Assembly: GCF_009914755.1 (NCBI RefSeq)
Contig: NC_060934.1
From: the human T2T-CHM13v2.0 reference genome, Homo sapiens
Reading direction: 5' to 3' (one strand)
Length of the DNA: 64,000 nucleotides
A program made the position numbers and the translations under genes. Positions 56,435 through 64,000 of the stretch are shown piece after piece (position 1 is the stretch's first letter; every line of letters starts with the position of its first letter). The notes beneath the pieces were generated by a model. That model worked only from the letters and a program-made list of their open reading frames with translations, ran no database searches and was not told where the DNA came from.

Positions 56435-58825
56435 AAGCTAATGTATTTTTGGGGTCCACGTGCTCAGGGGCCCAAACCTTGTACCTTTAGCACCCTCAGT
56501 TTCCCAGTCCAGCTCTGGGCCCTGGAATTGCATCAGCCTTGCTCTCAGGGGTGGGGGTGCAGGAGACATATATTTCTCTGTGGGAAATACATGAGGTCTT
56601 GAGGTACCCAGGTTTCTGGGGAACAGGAGCAGAAGAGAGCAGCATGGCTCTGGATCACTCCATAGACCCAGGGGCTTCTGCTTCAGAGGGCCCTTAACCT
56701 TCCAGCCCCGGGGATGCACCCTCCTCCCTCAGCCCCTGCCATCATCTGGAATCCCGTGGCCACAGAGTCCTGTATCACATTCTCCTTGGATGCTGGGGTT
56801 TCTCGTTCTGAAGCCCTCTCTGCTGTGGGGCCTTTCCCATGCTCTCAGGTGGCCTGTGGGAGAGAGGCCCAGCTTGTCATCGTTCTGTGCAACCGACCCC
56901 AAGCCAACATCCACCTTTCTTAGTGGCCATGGAACACGTGTCACAAGCCTGCTTTGCCTCCTACACCGATGGGCGCTAAACCTTCCCAAATGAAAGACGT
57001 AGGCACTTACTTCTCTGTCCTGTGAAGTGAGCCACCAGTGTCACCCATCCAAAGACAGAAAGGACTCATTACTCTCAAAAGCCCCTGGCATTGTGGATTA
57101 TCTGGCTGTCATCTTGCTTCTGTTGCTGTGAACTCTGAGGGTTGGGGGCTGCGGCTCCCATCCCCTGTCAGTGAAACCCGCTGGGTGCTGTGCTGTGCAC
57201 ACCTTGACTGTCAGTGTGCAGGGCGTCCTGAGGCACGGGTTGCACTGGGGGACGGGATGCCACAGCCACCCTGCCACAGCATCAGAGGCCACTGCGTGGC
57301 CCACACAAGGGTGTGGGGGAGGTGTAGTCATCTCAGCAGGAGGAGTCATGCTCCTCATTTTCAAGAAAGGGCCACCTGCTTTTGCAAAACCGAGGCGGAA
57401 GTCCAAACACAGAAGGAGCTGCCCAGTTGCACATACAACTTGATTGATTTTGAAAGGAAAGCACGCCATTGTGCTTCTGTTATGAATAATGGTAATTGAG
57501 ACATGACCTTCATGAAATTTCAGAAAAGGATCCAAGTAGCTGTACAGTGCTGGTCAACTGGAAACACTGTAGACACTCCCAGAAGGGTCTGGGTTGCCAC
57601 CTCAGGAAAGTTGCTCTGGGCTCCAGGGTGGGCTCCAGGAGGTGGCCTGGTAGACTTCTGCCTGACATGTGAAATACAACCATAGAAACAAAAGGGTATT
57701 AGCTTGTTTTCATTTTCAAAATTGAATATCTTATCTCCAGGTTTGTTTTATTGTTGTTGAATTAAAATACTTAGGGATGTGAATTCAATAAGGTTCATTT
57801 TTTTTTGACACATGAGAGGCATAAGACCTCTTATTTTTTTCTCATATTGTGCTTTAAAACAGATTCCACCTGAAATAAGTGAAGGAAAGGCTACAGTGGA
57901 CTGCAGGCCTTCTCAGAGCCTTTAAAATGTGAATGTACTTTGGGAATTGCCAATAGAGTAAAACATTGAGTAATGTTTCCTAGGCAGAATTCTTTCTTTG
58001 GTGTGTACCTATGAATAATGCAGATTTGGGTAGAGAAGAGTGGAGCCTACAGTGGCATGGGAGTGAGTTTGAGTGAATTCCTTCCCCAGGCAGTCCAGGG
58101 GTCCAGGATTTGCTCAAGGGTGTTTGGGTTGGGAAACCAGATCCTGCTTCTCCCTTCTGTTGCTGCAAAGGCAACTTAGTGCTCAAATGTCTCCTTGGGG
58201 AACTTGGGTTGTAAAGCTTTCCCTGTCTGTCTGATCTCCTGGGCTCTGTCACACAGTTGTTATCACACAGGGCTTGAACTGCTCCACACCCTGAGGGAAT
58301 GGAGGGAGTTCTGCTGAAACCAATCTCTCCTCTCCAGACCTTGTATTTAGTGTAAAACTGCCCCTCCAACTCTGTTAGTCACAAGCAGAGGAGTCCTCAG
58401 CAGTTTTTCATGAATGAGAGGAGTGATTGATTCCCCTCATGTCCTGCTGGGAGTGGGCTCTGGCCCTTGTTCCAGACAGGGCCTACAAAATCCTCCATCC
58501 TTCAATCTATGGGGGGTTTACCCTCATACCCATATAGGAGCTGCTTGCTTCTGCCTCTCTCTGCCCAAGGATATCTTGAAATAAAAATAAAACCTGGTGA
58601 ATCTTGTCCTCTGGAGGTCAGGCAACTTCTGATTTGAGCTCAACAATAGGAAAAATTGGCATGCTGGGACAAAAAGTTCAGGTATCAGAGAGAAGCATGG
58701 CCATCCTGTGGGAGAGGGAGGAAGAGATGGCTTATTCCTACCAGACACCTAGTGATCTGAAAACAAACCTAGATTGAGTCAACACAGATTATTCACCACA
58801 CAGAGACAATTGGAATAAACTAATC

Positions 58826-59625
58826 AGCCTACCAATCAACCTACCTACCAACCTACCAACTAGCCAACCATTCTACCAACCAACTAACTAACCTACCTAC
58901 CAACCAACCTATCAACAACCAACCAACCTACCAACCAACTAACCAAACTACCAGCCAACCAACCAACCAACGTACAAACCAACCTACCAACCAACCTACC
59001 AACTAATTGATCTACCAATCAACTAACCAACCTACCAACCCACAAATGTATCAACCAACCAACCTACCAACCTACCCGCCTATCTACCAACCAACAAACC
59101 AATCTACCAACCTACCAACTGACAAACCAATCAACCAACCAACCTACCAACCTACCCACCAATCTACCAACCTACCCACCAATCTACCAACCAACAAACC
59201 AATCAACCAACCAGCCAACCTACCAACAAACCAACCAATCTACCAACCAACCAGCCAACCTATCAACCTACCAACCAATCTGCCAACCAACAAATCCATC
59301 AACAAGCCAATCAACCAATCAACCAACCAACCAACCAAACTACCAGCAAACCAACCAACCTACCAACAAACCAACCAATCTACCAACCAACCTACCAGCC
59401 AACCTACCTACCCACCAATGTACCAGCCAACAAACCAACCAATCAACCTACCAACAAACCAACCAATCTACTAGTCTGCTAACCAATCTACCAACCAATG
59501 ACCAAGCTACCAACTACCAACCAACTAACCAACCTCCAACCAACCAACCAACCAACCAACCAACCAACCAACTGACCTGCCAACCAACCAATCAACAAAC
59601 AAACCAACAAACCAACCAACCAAAA
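58826..59625. repeat. ~800-bp degenerate (CCAA/CCTA/CAAA)n array
   Basis: Seen directly; purest (CCAA)n near 59537-59570. Confidence 0.97.
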
Positions 59626-62119
59626 AAATGAAGCACCTTTCTGGAGTTAGCAATCTTCTGTTTTTTTTTTTTTTTTTTTTTCTTTCACAAGAAGTTTGGG
59701 ATACAGTTTTTCTCGTCCTAATAGTGTTGACTGACCAAACAAATATAATTTAGGAGCAAATTCCTGTAAACTTGTAGCCCCTCTGCCTCTCTGTATTTCC
59801 TAGAGATGATACTTTACATAAAATACTTTAATGATTCAGATTTCTGAATTCTGACATTCTGAGTTTAACTGGTGCTCCATCTTAGTGGGCTGTGGGACTT
59901 CTCACATCCATGATACTTAATGCAGTTCATAAAAGTCAATTTAAGTTGAAAGTTAGGTTTTGTCTTAAGAGACGTATTTTGGTGAGATTCCATTGTCTAA
60001 TGCCCTGGCAATTAAAAACTATTTTCTCCTGACCTGGAATGAGATCTGTTTTCACTTCTCTGCACAGTTGCTCAGAGGCTTTGGCAATGAGGATTTTTGC
60101 AAATGTGAGGTGACCCTCCTTTTCCCATTATCCCAATGTCCTCTACTTTGCAAAGTTTTTGACTCCTCCAGGCAGCAACTAAGCAATTTGGTTAAGTATC
60201 TCATTACCGCTTTCCTCCTCTGGGCTGGATGTGTGGATGGTTTGTTGTTTCTTGTGCTGGCCTCTGAAGCTTAATTTTCTGTCGCAGAGGACTACTTACT
60301 GGCAAATTTTAAATCCCCATGAATCTCGTAATTCATTGAAATTCAAAATTCTTTCCTTCTCTATTCACATAATTTCTACAAAGATCTCAGAAGAAATTGA
60401 AAACGGGAAGAGGAGTTGTTCTACGGAAGCTTTAAGCTTTTTTTCACCTAATGAAATGTGTTAATTTTGTGATGATTTCAGTTTTGTGGTGTTCAATTTC
60501 TTGTCAAATGTGATAAACAACGGAATGAATAGGTTTTATATTAGCCTTTCATCACTCAATGAGTGATTTCACTCTCTCATAGCCTCTCTTACGATCTCCT
60601 AGTGTTTCATTTTGCTGAAATGTGACAGCAGGAGAGCCTTTCTGTGACTGATCTCTACAATATAACAACATCGCAAAGAACTGCTTGCTTCTAAATTATT
60701 CACTGGGCCCTGTCAGGTACAGTTTCTTTGCTTCCTGGGTGTTTTCGTTAATTGCTATTTTAACTTCGATGGTCTGATTTCCAAGTTTATCAGAAGCTCA
60801 GTATTACTCTCCCTAATTGGCCTCTCATTCTCTGTTACCAGCTAGCTGTCTGATAGACGTCACCTCTTTTCATTCCTCTCCTCTTGAGCTGCCTTCTTGC
60901 TCTGTTGCAGTGTTTGTTTTCAGATTTATTTGGCATCACTGCTTTAGATATTTTTAGTTGTATTTTTAAAACCAAATTATTTGACTCCTGTATCATATCT
61001 GCATCTTAAATTATTCACATCAACTTAAAAATATCTGTGAAATGTTTGTATATCTAAAAATAACCTTAGCAAGATTTTTCTGGTCTGCTTTATGAGTCTG
61101 TGAGTATTGTGATTTCTTCCAACGTTGGTGAAAGCCTGTGGTTAATTCCCCCAAAAAGTTGAGTGAGTGTGGGCCTGGAACTTAGGAACAAGGGTATATC
61201 TGTGGGAAGATGGCCTTGGATCCATTCTGACACAATTGCTGAGAATATTTAACAAAGACAATTCAATATTCTCATCATTTGGATCCTCTTCTCTACACCA
61301 TGTCTCTTTTTATCAGCGGACTTTTAGATATATATTTTTTGACACTTTGATATCTCCTACCTCTCCTGGAAATTGGTGTTGACATTTTTCTATAAAGATA
61401 TTGAACTTTGATGCTCCTTATACAAAACTCAATTGAACTCTTCAGAAAGCTCACATTCATTTTCTTTTGACTTGTAGGATAAAAACACAGAGATGAATTT
61501 ATCAATTTCTCCATAAAAAGTAGAAATTTGGGAGATTTCAGAGAAGTCAGGATCTGAAGATCTTTAGTGTATTCCTTTACTGGACCTTGATGAGGAAGTG
61601 ACTTGTCATTTGCCGGTTTCATGCATTTGAAGTGGCTCCCTACACACGTGTGTGCAGAGTTAGTGAAGGAATTTTGCAGGTGGTGTCACAGATTCTGATG
61701 GTGCCACAGATTCTGATGGTTTGCCTTAGAGAAATGCTTCTTGCAGAGTTTTAACAGGGAGTTTAGGAAGAAGTCGCATTAGTGCAGAGGCTGTTTAAAA
61801 ATAAAAATTGCCAGTAGTGTGTCAAAAGTAATTAAATGCTTTGTTCTGAAGCTTTAACAGTGATTCTTAGGGCTTTTAGGCAAATCTTTTTCTCTAATAC
61901 CTTGTTTTAATAGAAAACATTGTTAGAAAAAAGATTCTCTTAAATTTGGCTCCTTCAGAATGAGAGTTTGCCTGGCTTCCCAGACTTTCTCTAGGGGTGC
62001 AGGGTGGAGGTCTGGACAGGAAGGAGAACAGGTGAAAGACCACTCCCAGTGGCTGGCGGCACCCAAACCGCATTCTTCATGTTCGTTTTAGAAGAGGCAA
62101 CTGTCACCCTGCAACCTTC

Positions 62120-62555
62120 TATTGTGGATTAAATTTGTGTCCCCTCAAAAGATAGGTGGAAGTCCTGGCCTCCATGACCTGTGAATGTGACCTTATTTGG
62201 AAACAGGATCTTTGCAGATGTAGTTAACATGTAAGCTAATATGAGGTCCTATTGGAGTAGGGTGGACCCTTAATCTAAGGTGATTCATGTCCTTATGAGA
62301 AGAGACCCAGGCAGAGATGAGAAGGCCATGTGGAGGCACAGACACAGAGGGAAGAGGAGGGAGGATGGAGGCAGAGGTTGGAGTGATGCTGCCACAAGCC
62401 AAGGAGTGCTGGCTGGTACCACCAGACACTGAGAGAGAAGGAAGGAGCCTCCCTTCAATGCCTTCAGAGGGTGCGTGGCTCTGCAGAAATCTTGATTTCA
62501 AACTTTTAGTCTCCAGACTGTGAGAGAATAGATTCTGTTGTTTTCAACCCAGCCT
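62120..62555 (+). mobile_element. MLT1C-like LTR
   Basis: CCTGTGAATGTGACCTTATTTGGAAACAGG...CCACAAGCCAAGGA...CCTTCAGAGGG...ACTGTGAGAGAATA. Confidence 0.85.
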
Positions 62556-62586
62556 GTAGGCATCTGTACACGGGAATCTTCCCCAC

Positions 62587-62874
62587 TTTTTTTTTTTTTT
62601 TTTTTTTTTTGAGACAGAGTCTGGCTGGAGTGCAGTAGTGTGATCTTGGCTCACTGCAACCTCCACCTTCCGGGTTCAAGTGATTCTTCTGCCTCAGCCT
62701 CCTGAGTAGCTGGGACTACAGGGGTTCGCCATCATGCCCGGCTAATGTTTGTATTTTTAGTAGAGATGGGGTTTCACCATATTGGCCAGGCTGGTCTTGA
62801 ACTCCTGACCTGGTGATCCACCCACCTTGGCCTCCCAAAGTGCTAGGATTACAGGCGTGAGCCACCGCGCCTGG
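62587..62874 (-). mobile_element. AluS (Sg-like) with a small deletion near its 3' end
   Basis: Poly-T; GAGTCT joined directly to GGCTGGAGTG. Confidence 0.92.
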
Positions 62875-64000
62875 GGTGGGAGCAGACACCCATCAGGTGA
62901 CAGCGCAGGCTCTGGCTGCTTCCCTTCAGGTTGGAGGGTGGGTTCCTGTCACCCTCATGAGAGACCTTTATCCTTCCTCTGTGCCTGCTGCCTCCCTGGC
63001 TGGCTGTGTACCAACCACAGGGGAGATCTCTCTTCCCAGGCAGATGCCCAAGGTCAGTGGACGCTGATGAGGCTGGGAGCCTGACTCCTGAATTATCTCT
63101 GAGGCACCTTCACTGTACGTGAGGCTGACCAGCTCTGGTCGGGTCACCAGAACTGTGCTGTGCACTCTCTCCCCTGGAGAGATTTGTTTGACCGGAGGGC
63201 CAGGTGACTTGGCAGATAAGCTCCAGGCCTTTCAGCCACCTGCAGAGAGGCCTGTCAGGACAGGCACCCTGGTGGCTGGGCCGGTGGCTGCCCTCCAGGT
63301 AGCAGGTGGTAGCTGGACTCAACTCCTCACCTGTCTTCCCTGTTCCTGATTCAGAAGACCTGCAACCCTGGCAGGCACTCCTTGAAGGGGTCTCCCAGGT
63401 GGTGTGCACATGGAAAACACCAGAACATCGGTGGCTACTTATTTTTAATCTAAAGAAATGACACAATACTTTCTTGTACATTCATAAAATATATTTTATC
63501 AGCCAGAGTCCTGGCAGGAAAGAGGAGGTGCCTGCGGCATTCGGATAGTCCCAGGAGCACTGCATAGAAATTGTGCTGAGCTGACTGTCCTTGTCTTCAG
63601 GTGCATTTTCCACTTATACCCAGACCTATGCCTACGGGAGCTACATCCCTGCCCCACCTCCTCCATTCCCTGTCCCTGTCTCACCTCGGGAGCTTCCCAC
63701 TGGGATTGACAATGTGGAACTATGGTCTGCATTTGGGAAGAGGGAGGAGCAGGAGGGCTTGGCAGTTACCCGCTGGCTCCTCTCCCCACCACAGGTGAGA
63801 CTGCTGGGGTGAGGGCTGATTCGCTCCACCTGAGGCCCCTGTTTCTCCCCAGGCTGCCGGTCTTCCCCAGAGGTTCAGGGGCAGTGACTGACCTAGAGCA
63901 GCCCGAGTCACTGTGACATCCCTGTGGCTCTCCCACCCCTGCCCACACCTTTATAGATAGCAAATTTGTCAAACTCTTATTGAATTATTCTAGTTGTGTG

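Noticed and set aside
59007-59474. 155-aa Q/P/T/N repeat ORF
   Set aside because: Translation of the CCAA array.
61293-61622. 109-aa minus-strand ORF in AT-rich DNA
   Set aside because: No recognisable homology; the nearby + strand acceptor leads into stops in all frames.

Overview
Human genomic DNA; a near-pristine AluYb8-lineage insertion identifies the species. The window looks non-coding (intergenic or deep intronic) and I cannot assign the locus. I recognise no protein-coding gene, tRNA, rRNA or CRISPR array; the supplied ORFs are chance frames, repeat-derived frames or microsatellite translations. Much of the window is interspersed repeat: about 16 MaLR LTRs (MLT1/MST/THE1), an MLT2, 11 Alus, an AT-rich block of antisense L1M fragments (18.4-24.5 kb), an L1PA8-like 3' end, L2/MIR relics and hAT MITEs. 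Highlights: (1) four LTRs within 4 kb (MER21, full-length HERV-W LTR17 solo LTR, MER57, LTR21-like) whose signals could assemble a spliced LTR-built transcript; (2) a young AluYb8a1-like element with a perfect TSD; (3) a frameshifted Charlie/hAT transposase fossil missed by the ORF track; (4) a CpG-rich (CT)n tract and several candidate exons and enhancer motif clusters. I found no convincing new biological system. Subfamily names come from recalled consensus sequences, and the ends of old elements are approximate.
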